Source: an uncultured bacterium (lineage in GTDB: Bacteria; B130-G9). Taken from it: a DNA stretch of 51,191 bases. Shown here piece after piece: positions 1-7,931 of the stretch (positions are counted from its first letter, which is position 1; every line of letters begins with the position of its first letter). A program made the translations under genes and the position numbers. Below the pieces are notes generated by a model that was not told where the DNA came from, did no database searches, and saw nothing but the letters and a program-made list of their open reading frames with translations. Location: the NCBI GenBank assembly GCA_965372715.1, contig CBDVDH010000022.1:1-51191 (forward strand). Reading direction: 5' to 3'.

Positions 1-275
1 TCATAACAGAAAGCGAAAATAGCATCAAGTGAAATGTGTTACACTACACTAGGATCATGGTTGCCCCTTTGCATCGCCTCGGCTGAAGCCGGGCGATGAG
101 AGACCTGCCCCCCGATGTAAGCGATGACATTCTCCAGAACCGACGGAGAGGATGGTTGAATCAACTCATCTGCATCGCTACAATCCTCTCAGACGATTAC
201 AGGAGTATCTCTGCGATGTTTGGCATTTCCTTCTTCGTTGGAGCCAAACCGCTCGCGATCCAAATGTGAAGGAGC

Positions 276-1490
276 ATGAACATGAGATTCACAACCCTAT
301 TCGTGGCTTTGGCCGTCACTCTTCTGGTGTGCACGACAGCAACAGCCGAGCCAACAATCACCATTTACACGGACGCCGACACATATCAATCCGGTGACAC
401 TATTGAGGTGAGCTTATCGGCTCAAAGTGATGACCAAGCGATGTCAGTCGCTGTCTATGTTGGGATCATCCTGCCAGACGGAGACATCTGGTCCACGCAA
501 TACGATGGCTGGAGCCATTCTATCGAGCCCTGGATCCCGGATATCTTTGTCCCAGCCTGGTTCGAGATGGAGCCTACTACTTTCTGGACATTCGATCTTC
601 CATGCGGAGCGCCACCTATAGAAGAGGCAGGAGATTACAGTTTCGCCGCGGTTCTCACGTATTCAGGAACGTCCGATTGGATGTCCGAGCTGAGCCTGGC
701 GCCATTCTCGTATGAAGCCGGGCCTTCGGCGGATATCCCGATGGTCTGCATCCCGGCCGGGTCATTCCTGATGGGTTCGCCGGTCGGTGAGGCGGGGCGT
801 TTTTCAGATGAGGGGCCGCAGCGGACGGTGAACATCTCGGCGTTTGAGATGTCTGAGACGGAGGTGACTGAGAAGCAGTGGGAAGACGTCGTGGGCTGTA
901 ACGATTGTTCCTCCAAGTGTGGGGACAGCTATCCTGTGGAGAATGTTACCTGGTTCGACTGCGTGAGTTTCTGCAACGAGCTATCCGAGATCCACGGCTA
1001 CACGAAGTGCTACGCGATCACGAATATCGGCTATAGCGGCAATCATATCATATCGGCGGACGTGACGTGCAATTTCGAGGCGAACGGCTTTCGCTTGCCG
1101 ACGGAGGCCGAGTGGGAGTATGCGTGTCGTGGAGGGACGACGACTCGTTTCTATACGGGCGATTCGGATTCAGATCTTGCTCGAGCGGGCTGGTATGATT
1201 GTTCTCAGAAGCACGAGGTTGCTCAGAAACAGGGAAATGGTCTTGGCCTCTATGACACTCATGGAAACGTATGGGAGTGGTGTTGGGATTGGTATGATGA
1301 AGGTTATTATGGGACGCAGCCTGATCCGGATAGCGATCCTGCGGGCCCTGGCAGTGGCGCCACTCGGGTCCTGCGCGGCGGCGGCTGGGGCAGCAGCGCC
1401 CTGTACTGCCGATCGGCTTGCCGAAGCTGGGATGAGCCGAGCTACCTGATCACCTACTACGGCTTGCGCGTTTGTAGCTCAATTCGTTGA
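276..1490 (+). CDS. Exported formylglycine-generating-enzyme (FGE-sulfatase/SUMF1, CLec-fold) domain protein with an N-terminal ~120-aa Ig-like domain
   Basis: Signal peptide ending ATA-EP; motifs IPAGSFLMGS, TEVT, PVENVTWFD, FRLPTEAEWEYACRGG, GLYDTHGNVWEWCWDWY, RVLRGGGW; AAGGAG RBS. Confidence 0.9.
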   Translation: MNMRFTTLFVALAVTLLVCTTATAEPTITIYTDADTYQSGDTIEVSLSAQSDDQAMSVAVYVGIILPDGDIWSTQYDGWSHSIEPWIPDIFVPAWFEMEPTTFWTFDLPCGAPPIEEAGDYSFAAVLTYSGTSDWMSELSLAPFSYEAGPSADIPMVCIPAGSFLMGSPVGEAGRFSDEGPQRTVNISAFEMSETEVTEKQWEDVVGCNDCSSKCGDSYPVENVTWFDCVSFCNELSEIHGYTKCYAITNIGYSGNHIISADVTCNFEANGFRLPTEAEWEYACRGGTTTRFYTGDSDSDLARAGWYDCSQKHEVAQKQGNGLGLYDTHGNVWEWCWDWYDEGYYGTQPDPDSDPAGPGSGATRVLRGGGWGSSALYCRSACRSWDEPSYLITYYGLRVCSSIR

Positions 1491-1665
1491 TTACTCGTGC
1501 GCCTCCCTGCATCGCCAGAAGCTACATTCGATGAGGGATCGATCTCCAAATCGCCGAGGACCACTCCCTATACTACTGATCAATCTTGAATCGCATGTCC
1601 TGCCTTATTACTATGGTAACTCTATCTACGATGGCACATTCATGAGGCAATAAGGAGGCGAGGTA

Positions 1666-2121
1666 TTGGAACACTGGCATATATGGGTAATTGCGGGAAT
1701 TGTCCTGCTGATCGCGGAGATATTCACGCCGGGCTTCGTGCTGGCGTGTTTCGGCGTGGCGTGCCTCGTAGCGGCAATCTTCGCCGCGTTTGACTTGGGT
1801 CTGACAGTTGAGGTCATCGTCTTTTGCGTCGCGTCAGTAGTTGCCTTCTTTGCAGTCAGGCCGCTCTTCGCGAAGCGCTTTTATCGCTCTGACGATGAGG
1901 CCACGAAGACGAATGTGGATGCGCTTGTGGGCAAGGTGGGTATGGTTGCGGAGAGGATTGACCCCGATGTCAATGTGGGCAGAGTTGTCTTAGGAGGCGA
2001 CAATTGGAGAGCCATCTCGGTGGATGGCGCCGTGATAGAGCTGAGCGAGAAGGTCGAGGTCGTTCGAGTTGAGGGAACCAAACTGTTCGTCAAGAAAGTT
2101 CTGAAAAAAGAGGAGGAGTAG
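1666..2121 (+). CDS. NfeD-like membrane protein (stomatin operon partner)
   Basis: TTG start after TAAGGAGG; hydrophobic N-half (LLIAEIFTPGF); C-terminal OB-fold motif LVGKVG..GRVVLGGDNWRA; directly upstream of SPFH gene. Confidence 0.9.
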   Translation: MEHWHIWVIAGIVLLIAEIFTPGFVLACFGVACLVAAIFAAFDLGLTVEVIVFCVASVVAFFAVRPLFAKRFYRSDDEATKTNVDALVGKVGMVAERIDPDVNVGRVVLGGDNWRAISVDGAVIELSEKVEVVRVEGTKLFVKKVLKKEEE

Positions 2122-2123
2122 CT

Positions 2124-3131
2124 ATGGGAGCCGGTTTGGGCATTCTAATTGCGGTTGTTATTTTCATCATCATCTTTGCGGCTAAGGGGCTTGTCATCGT
2201 CCAGCAGGCAGAGACGCTGGTCATCGAGCGGCTCGGTAAGTTCGACCGATTGCTCACGTCGGGCATCAACATCATCTGGCCGATCGTTGACAGGCCGAGG
2301 CAGATAGAGTGGCGCTATACTCGGGAGGACCACCGCGGCGCCAAGATCGTCTTGCGGCGCCAGGTCAAGAGGATCGACCTTCGCGAGACGGTCTATGACT
2401 TTCCTCGGCAGAACGTCATCACGAAGGACAACGTCGTTACCGAGATCAACGCGCTCTTGTATTTTCAGGTCACCGATCCGATGAAGGCTGTTTATGAGAT
2501 AGCGAACCTTCCCGAGGCGATAGAGAAGCTGACGCAGACGACGCTCAGGAACGTCATCGGCGAGCTCGACCTGGACCAGACGCTCACGTCTCGGGACACC
2601 ATCAACACCAAGCTCCGCGAGATACTGGACGAGGCGACCGACAAGTGGGGCGTCAAGGTCAACCGCGTCGAGCTTCAGGACATCAATCCGCCGAAGGACA
2701 TCCGCGACGCGATGGAGAAGCAGATGCGGGCCGAGCGCGACAGGCGGGCGGTCATCCTCACTGCGGAGGGCGAGAAGAGGTCTCGCATTCTGGAAGCGGA
2801 AGGCTACAGGGAGGCGAAGATCAACAAGGCCGAGGGCGAGAAACGCGCGAAGGTCCTGATGGCGGAGGGGCAGGCCGAGGCGCGCGTGAAGGTCGCCCAT
2901 GCGGAGGCCGAGGCGATCGGCATGGTGACCAAGGCGATTGCGGAGAGCAAGGGCGACCCCGCCAATTACCTCATCGCGGTTCGCTACATCGAGACGCTGA
3001 AGGAGATGGTGTCCGGCAAGGACAACAAAGTGGTCTATATCCCGTTCGAGGCGACGGGCGTCCTGAGCTCGATAGGCGGCATCAAGGAGATGCTGGAGGG
3101 CGTTAGCAAGAAGAAGGAGAGCTGGGAGTAA
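2124..3131 (+). CDS. SPFH/band 7 (stomatin/QmcA-like) membrane protein
   Basis: N-terminal TM; ERLGKF, QNVITKDNV, TTLRNVIGELDLD, WGVKVNRVELQDI, AMEKQMRAER motifs. Confidence 0.95.
   Translation: MGAGLGILIAVVIFIIIFAAKGLVIVQQAETLVIERLGKFDRLLTSGINIIWPIVDRPRQIEWRYTREDHRGAKIVLRRQVKRIDLRETVYDFPRQNVITKDNVVTEINALLYFQVTDPMKAVYEIANLPEAIEKLTQTTLRNVIGELDLDQTLTSRDTINTKLREILDEATDKWGVKVNRVELQDINPPKDIRDAMEKQMRAERDRRAVILTAEGEKRSRILEAEGYREAKINKAEGEKRAKVLMAEGQAEARVKVAHAEAEAIGMVTKAIAESKGDPANYLIAVRYIETLKEMVSGKDNKVVYIPFEATGVLSSIGGIKEMLEGVSKKKESWE
2934..3033 (+). repeat. 100-bp direct repeat, copy 1 (inside SPFH gene)
   Basis: Matches 3530-3629 at 93/100 by manual alignment. Confidence 0.9.
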
Positions 3132-3174
3132 GTGTGGTTCATAGACCGGACGTCGTAACCATACGCTGGCCGAT

Positions 3175-3200
3175 GTAGGGGCGCGGTCTCAGACCCGCCC
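3175..3200 (+). repeat. GTAG-type REP hairpin
   Basis: GTAGGGGCGCGGTCTCAGACCCGCCC; near-identical to copies at 6043 and 42734. Confidence 0.8.
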
Positions 3201-3237
3201 TCTCTTCTCTGCAAAAGGGGCAAGAGGGAGATAAGCA

Positions 3238-3444
3238 ATGAAGTTCGTCGTAACGCTGGAAAGGGTTGAGGACGGCATGATGGTCGTCGAATGCCCCTCA
3301 ATCCCCGGATGCGTTAGTCAGGGCAAGACAGAACGAGAGGCGCTTGACAGTATCAAAGACGCCATAGGGCAATGCCTCGAGGTCCGCGCCGAACGGGGCA
3401 TGCCGCTTACGGTATCCATCCGTGAGGTCGAGGTTCTCGTTTAG
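3238..3444 (+). CDS. hicB: HicB-family antitoxin (short form)
   Basis: EDGMMVVECPSIPGCVSQGKTEREAL..IKDAI RNase H-like HicB signature. Confidence 0.85.
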   Translation: MKFVVTLERVEDGMMVVECPSIPGCVSQGKTEREALDSIKDAIGQCLEVRAERGMPLTVSIREVEVLV

Positions 3445-3500
3445 TGCCGAAGCAGCCTCTGTTAAGCGGGCGCGAGGTCCCGAAGGCTGATGAATCCCTG
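3444..3500 (+). pseudogene. Truncated HicA toxin 5' remnant
   Basis: GTG overlaps the hicB stop (TAGTG); translates MPKQPLLSGREVPKADESL, like HicA N-termini; similarity ends before the GSH motif. Confidence 0.6.
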
Positions 3501-3529
3501 CACACACTATACACGGGCGCGAGTCGGCT

Positions 3530-3629
3530 GCGATTGCAGAGAGCAAAGGCGACCCCGCCAAGTGCCTCATCGCGGTGCGCTACATCGAGACGCTGAAGGA
3601 GATGGTGTCCGGCAAGGACGACAAGGTGG
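3530..3629 (+). repeat. 100-bp direct repeat, copy 2 (displaced SPFH gene fragment)
   Basis: Encodes AIAESKGDPAKCLIAVRYIETLKEMVSGKDDKV; 7 mismatches to 2934-3033. Confidence 0.9.
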
Positions 3630-3719
3630 CGGGTGGTGCGGGTTTTTGCCAAGCCTCCGTTTTTATATCTGCGAATGAACCAGAAAGCGGCTTAGGGCAA
3701 TTACAGAGAGGACGGACGC

Positions 3720-4937
3720 ATGGTTTATGATGTTGAAGAGTTGCGCAAACAGTTCCCGGCGATATGTCAGACATTTGACGGGAAGCCGCTGGTTTATCTC
3801 GATAGTGCATGTACGACGGCGATCTGTCAGGCAGCAATAGACGCTCAGCAACGTTACTACACACAGTTCCCAGGCTGTGTGGGTCGCGCGGACCACAGAT
3901 TTGGCCACCTCGCGACAGACGCCTGGAACGAGGCGCGAGAGTCGATAGCAGGCTTGCTGAATGCCAGCTCTGCAAGGGAGGTCGTGGTCACCAAGAACAC
4001 GACGGAGGCGATCAACGTCATCGCCCAAGCCTTCCCCTTTGAGAAAGGTGACCGTGTGCTGGTATCGGACTTCGAGCACAACTCGAACACCCTTCCCTGG
4101 CTATGTTTGAGAGATAAGGGCAAGATAGAGCTCTCGTTCGTTAGAATGAAGCCGGACTCGACGTTCGATTTGGAGGCGTTTTCCTCGATGGTGGAAAACG
4201 AGAGGCCCAGGCTCGTCAGCGTTTTGCACAAGTCAAACCTGACCGGGGTGGAGTTCCCAATCAAGAAAATCGCAGAGATCGCTCACGAGCATGGCGCGGT
4301 AGTAGTCCTCGATGCGGCGCAGAGCCCACTGACATCAAAGATCGACGTCCAGGATTGGGACTGCGACTTCCTGGCGTTTTCATCCCACAAGGCGATTGGG
4401 CCTTCAGGAGTGGGCGTTCTCTACGGCAAGTTTGCCCTACTAGAGAAGCTGGGCCACTGTCTCGTGGGAGGCGGAACTGTGCTTTGGATATCCAAGACAA
4501 AGGGGGTCATTCCCACGGAGCTGCCGTGGCGCCTTGAGGCGGGCCTTCAGAACTGCCCCGGCGTGATGGGCCTCGCCGCGGCGCTCAGGACGATTGAGGC
4601 ACTCGGACAGGACAAGATCAAGTCTCACGTCGCCGCACTGAACGAGTTCACGACGACTCGCCTGCTCAAGATACCTGGCCTCTCTATCGTGGGGCCACAG
4701 AACGCACGCGAGCGAGGTGTGATACTGTCATTCCGCGTCGAGGGAATAGAGGCAAGACCGCTGGCAAAACGGCTGAATGACGAGTTCAACGTCATGGTGC
4801 GCGCCGGCAAGAACTGCGTCCACTACTGGTTCAGCACTCGCGGCGGCGATGACGTTGTCCGCGCCTCGTTTGGCCCTTACAACACCCTGGAGGAATGCCA
4901 GGTATTCTGCGAGGCGATGGAGGCCATCGCCGGGTAA
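3720..4937 (+). CDS. SufS/CsdA-like cysteine desulfurase (class V PLP enzyme)
   Basis: VYLDSACTT, NTTEAIN, EHNSN, DAAQS, SSHKAIGPSGVG (PLP Lys), VRAGKNC (catalytic Cys), VRASFGPYNT. Confidence 0.85.
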   Translation: MVYDVEELRKQFPAICQTFDGKPLVYLDSACTTAICQAAIDAQQRYYTQFPGCVGRADHRFGHLATDAWNEARESIAGLLNASSAREVVVTKNTTEAINVIAQAFPFEKGDRVLVSDFEHNSNTLPWLCLRDKGKIELSFVRMKPDSTFDLEAFSSMVENERPRLVSVLHKSNLTGVEFPIKKIAEIAHEHGAVVVLDAAQSPLTSKIDVQDWDCDFLAFSSHKAIGPSGVGVLYGKFALLEKLGHCLVGGGTVLWISKTKGVIPTELPWRLEAGLQNCPGVMGLAAALRTIEALGQDKIKSHVAALNEFTTTRLLKIPGLSIVGPQNARERGVILSFRVEGIEARPLAKRLNDEFNVMVRAGKNCVHYWFSTRGGDDVVRASFGPYNTLEECQVFCEAMEAIAG

Positions 4938-5035
4938 GTTGGCAGTTGGCAGTTGGCGGTAGGGGCAGGTCACCGCACCTGCCCTGTCCAATTGAATCAC
5001 CGAGGGCGGACATTCGCCGCGCGGCGAACCCGTAC
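4938..5035. repeat. GTTGGCA heptamer x3 followed by an inverted REP pair
   Basis: gttggca repeats 4938-4957; GTAGGGGCAGGTCACCGCACCTGCCC 4959-4984; GGGCGGACATTCGCCGCGCGGCGAACCCGTAC ending 5035. Confidence 0.7.
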
Positions 5036-5068
5036 AGAAGCCTCCGGAATGAGAGCAACAGACGTGAC

Positions 5069-5614
5069 ATGACATCTAGAATTGCGACGCGCAAATCGCT
5101 GAATATCAGGCCGACTACGGGCCTCGTGAGAAAGGTTCTGTTCGACACAATCGCCGAGCACGTTTCTGGCGCGGCCTTTCTCGACCTCTTTGCGGGGACG
5201 GGTTCGGTCGGGCTCGAGGCGCTGAGTAAGGGCGCCTCGTCTGCGACGTTTGTGGAAAGGGACCGGGCAGTCGTGAGGGCGCTTCGGTCAAATATCGAGG
5301 CGGCCGGGGTCGCCCGGAGCTGTCGCGTGTTCCCGATTGACGCGGTCTCGTTCTTGAAGAAGAGAGACGACCCGTCCGAGTTCGACATCATCTTCGCCGA
5401 TCCCCCTTACCAGCGGGGCTACCTCAAGATACTCGTTCACATTCTTCTCCGCCCCGAGCGCCTACCCACGCGGGTGCTTGCGATACAGACCTCAAAGTTC
5501 GAACTCGCCGATGTCAAGCTCCCGGGTGGGTTCGCAATTCGCCAGAAGACGATCGGCGATACGGTGCTGCTCTTGGTCACCGATACAGAAGGAGGAGTAA
5601 GATGCCTCTCATAA
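5069..5614 (+). CDS. rsmD: 16S rRNA (guanine(966)-N2)-methyltransferase RsmD
   Basis: IRPTT..VRKVLF, FLDLFAGTGSVGLEALSKGA, FDIIFADPPY; start moved to ATG 5069 because the upstream ORF extension is REP sequence. Confidence 0.9.
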   Translation: MTSRIATRKSLNIRPTTGLVRKVLFDTIAEHVSGAAFLDLFAGTGSVGLEALSKGASSATFVERDRAVVRALRSNIEAAGVARSCRVFPIDAVSFLKKRDDPSEFDIIFADPPYQRGYLKILVHILLRPERLPTRVLAIQTSKFELADVKLPGGFAIRQKTIGDTVLLLVTDTEGGVRCLS

Positions 5615-5638
5615 CCACACGGATCACTGGAGAAGATC

Positions 5639-5974
5639 ATGCCTGCATCTGAGGCCGGAACGATGAACCTTATTATCGGGCTTGCGACGATGGTGCTATC
5701 GATACCACTTATCCTCCGGTTGATTCCTATGAACTATGCTTATGGTATTCGGCTGTGGATATTGAAGGTCTGGGATTCTGAAGAGAATTGGTATGAGATC
5801 AATGCCTACGGCGGCAAATGGTTTTTCGCGGCCGGGGCTGTAATTGCGGCGGTCGGGGGACTCGTGCTGAAGATTGACGTCCACGAGGAATGGGTCCTAA
5901 AGGTGCTCTCTCTCTCCCCGCTTCTATTTCTGGTCGCGATCATACCGGTCGTCATCTATAGCAGGAAGTTGTGA
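5639..5974 (+). CDS. SdpI/YhfL-family small membrane protein
   Basis: Three TM segments; IPMNYAYGIR...SEENWYEINAYGGK motif. Confidence 0.7.
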   Translation: MPASEAGTMNLIIGLATMVLSIPLILRLIPMNYAYGIRLWILKVWDSEENWYEINAYGGKWFFAAGAVIAAVGGLVLKIDVHEEWVLKVLSLSPLLFLVAIIPVVIYSRKL

Positions 5975-6042
5975 GCTCGATGGATTCCGGCGCTTCGTGG
6001 AGGTGGTGCTTAGACGCACGGCCATAATGGACCGAACGGTGC

Positions 6043-6118
6043 GTAGGGGCGGTGTCTCAGACACGCCCTCCTTTGATTTGACCGAACGTATCAAGGGCGG
6101 CTCGTGAGCCGCCCCTAC
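6043..6118. repeat. Inverted GTAG-REP doublet (REPIN-like)
   Basis: GTAGGGGCGGTGTCTCAGACACGCCC ... GGGCGGCTCGTGAGCCGCCCCTAC. Confidence 0.8.
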
Positions 6119-6178
6119 ATTGATAGCCAACAGCCAAGCGAATCTAAGCGATACGGTGTAAGGAACAGGGACCTCAAT

Positions 6179-6925
6179 GTGAAGTTCATGATCATAGATG
6201 ACAGGTCCGGACGAGCGTCTGCTGGCCTGATACTGTCCGTCGTGCTCGCGGCGGGGATCATCGCGCTGGTTGTGTATTTCGCGGTTGGGCCTCAATCAAG
6301 TGAGCCGAGCGGAACCGAGACGCGGGGCGGCATTCCAGCAAGCCCTTTGCTGGGGGCGGTCGAGGCGACGAGGCAGCAGGTTGACAAAATGAGTAGGCAG
6401 CGGAGTGGGCTAGCCCAAGCCGTTGGGGTGGCCGGCGCCCAGTTGAATGACGTCGCCTGGCGAGCGGAGAGGGATTGCCGCGACATCGCGACGGCGCTTT
6501 CGGCCTTTAAGACGGACATAGGCACTTGGCCTGTGAAGAGCGCAGCCGACGAGGACGAGCCGGTCGATTTCCTTTACGGCGTCGGCAGCTTGCCGAAGTT
6601 CACCGAAGGCGCCCGCGAGTCGTGGGGCGCTCGGTCGGAGGACCTGCACTCGTATCTGGTCAGCAATGGCCCAGAGAAGAAGGCGTGGTATGACTACTTC
6701 AAGAATGTGTCTGGCCGCTTTGATGGCTGGAACGGGCCGTATCTCCCGCGCGAGCTCGCCGACCCCTGGGGCCGCGCCTACGTCATATCGGTATCGGGCT
6801 TCGAGGGCGGCACAAAGCCGGGCAACAACGTCTGGCGCCTCTCAGCCGGCCCCAACGGCATCGTCGAGACGCCCGCGTCGGCAAAGGAGCTCGAAGGCGA
6901 CGATGTGGGTGTCTGGGTCAGGTGA
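6179..6925 (+). CDS. Membrane-anchored protein with GspG/pseudopilin-like C-terminal domain
   Basis: N-terminal TM; IATALSAFKTDIGTWP, WNGPYL, DPWGRAY, LSAGPNG..ET, GDD motifs of T2SSG; start uncertain (GTG 6179 or ATG 6188). Confidence 0.7.
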   Translation: MKFMIIDDRSGRASAGLILSVVLAAGIIALVVYFAVGPQSSEPSGTETRGGIPASPLLGAVEATRQQVDKMSRQRSGLAQAVGVAGAQLNDVAWRAERDCRDIATALSAFKTDIGTWPVKSAADEDEPVDFLYGVGSLPKFTEGARESWGARSEDLHSYLVSNGPEKKAWYDYFKNVSGRFDGWNGPYLPRELADPWGRAYVISVSGFEGGTKPGNNVWRLSAGPNGIVETPASAKELEGDDVGVWVR

Positions 6926-6964
6926 GTGTCGGCAGTGGGCGGTTTTTTGTGTCGAACGCAGCGA

Positions 6965-7339
6965 TCATCTTTTCAAGTCCAGGTCTATGCAAAGGGCAAT
7001 AGATTTGCAGATGTTCGAAACCATTTCGTCGGGCAATACGCCGAGGCGCTTGACAAATCGCTTCACTGATATGGATCGGACCTGAAACGCGTCGGCCGCG
7101 GAGACTTTTGACAGGCCATTCTGCTTATCGGGATAGATGCGTGTCATCCAAGGGAAACCTGCGTATTCATCTTCCCATCGGGTTACGGGCACAATGATTC
7201 GTAAGGGCAGTCTTCCGGTCTTGACAGAGCTCATAACCAGGGCTGGGCGCCGCTTCGATATCTCAGCCCCCCTCGTAGTGCCGAGATCAACGAGCCAGAT
7301 CTCGCCCCTATTCGGAGTAGTCCTCAAAATCCTCGCCAT
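6965..7339 (-). CDS. PemK/MazF-family toxin
   Basis: RGEIWLVDL...GAEISKRRPALVMS, IVPVT, NGLSKVS.AD.FQVRSIS..RF..RLG. Confidence 0.9.
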   Translation of the reverse strand: MARILRTTPNRGEIWLVDLGTTRGAEISKRRPALVMSSVKTGRLPLRIIVPVTRWEDEYAGFPWMTRIYPDKQNGLSKVSAADAFQVRSISVKRFVKRLGVLPDEMVSNICKSIALCIDLDLKR

Positions 7340-7610
7340 CCAAACACGTAAACTCCGTCAAAGACGGATCGTTCTCATAACACCGGGCCGCGAGGTCCGC
7401 GGCAGCCTCCAAGTAAGGCCAGCGGTCCTTCGCAGACATGGCGAGCAGCTTGTCCAGAAGCTCCGTATGCCGCCGAGTAATCTCGGCTTCCTTGACCGCG
7501 TCAAATTGAGGCACCGTCTGTTCTGACGCAGTCCCGGCCACCGACGATCGCTGGCGGGGTTCCTGCAAGACATCCTGCCCAGTCTGAGGCCCATCAGGCG
7601 AATGGGACAT
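7308..7610 (-). CDS. Putative antitoxin upstream of MazF
   Basis: ATG 7610 with AAGGAGG RBS; acidic C-terminus LEAAA...YENDPSLTEFTCLDGEDF; overlaps the toxin start. Confidence 0.65.
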   Translation of the reverse strand: MSHSPDGPQTGQDVLQEPRQRSSVAGTASEQTVPQFDAVKEAEITRRHTELLDKLLAMSAKDRWPYLEAAADLAARCYENDPSLTEFTCLDGEDFEDYSE

Positions 7611-7805
7611 ACTGCAATCCTCCTTTGCTGATTTGAGAACCGCAGAGAATATGGAGTATGATGCGCGGAATGTCAAGAATGCTATGGCAAAAGGCTTCCT
7701 GCATATTTGGAACCGGGACAGAGTGAAACGGTGCCGGCGGAATCCGGGCGAGAGTTTGTCTCACAGCTGCACTTGAGGACGCATACCTGCCGAGCTCGCG
7801 GCAGC

Positions 7806-7837
7806 AAGAAAACAAGGGGGACGACGGAACGCCCCCC
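7806..7837 (-). terminator. Intrinsic terminator after ppdK
   Basis: Minus strand GGGGGGCG-TTCCGT-CGTCCCCC followed by TTGTTTTCTT. Confidence 0.65.
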
Positions 7838-7931
7838 AGGGTTGATCTCAACTTGATGGCTGCTTATTGTATTCAACAGCAGCAACGCCGTGACGCCAGA
7901 ATGGCAGGCTAGAAAGCCCGCCCCATACTAT

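Noticed and set aside
2934-3629. 100-bp repeat pair as a DGR TR/VR
   Set aside because: Mismatches include T/G and both A>G and G>A, so they are not adenine-specific in one copy; SPFH is not a CLec target; no RT found
4895-5068. N-terminal extension of the RsmD ORF
   Set aside because: Overlaps the desulfurase end and translates heptamer/REP sequence
6104-6178. ORF-track start of the GspG-like gene
   Set aside because: Begins inside a REP hairpin; downstream starts have a better RBS
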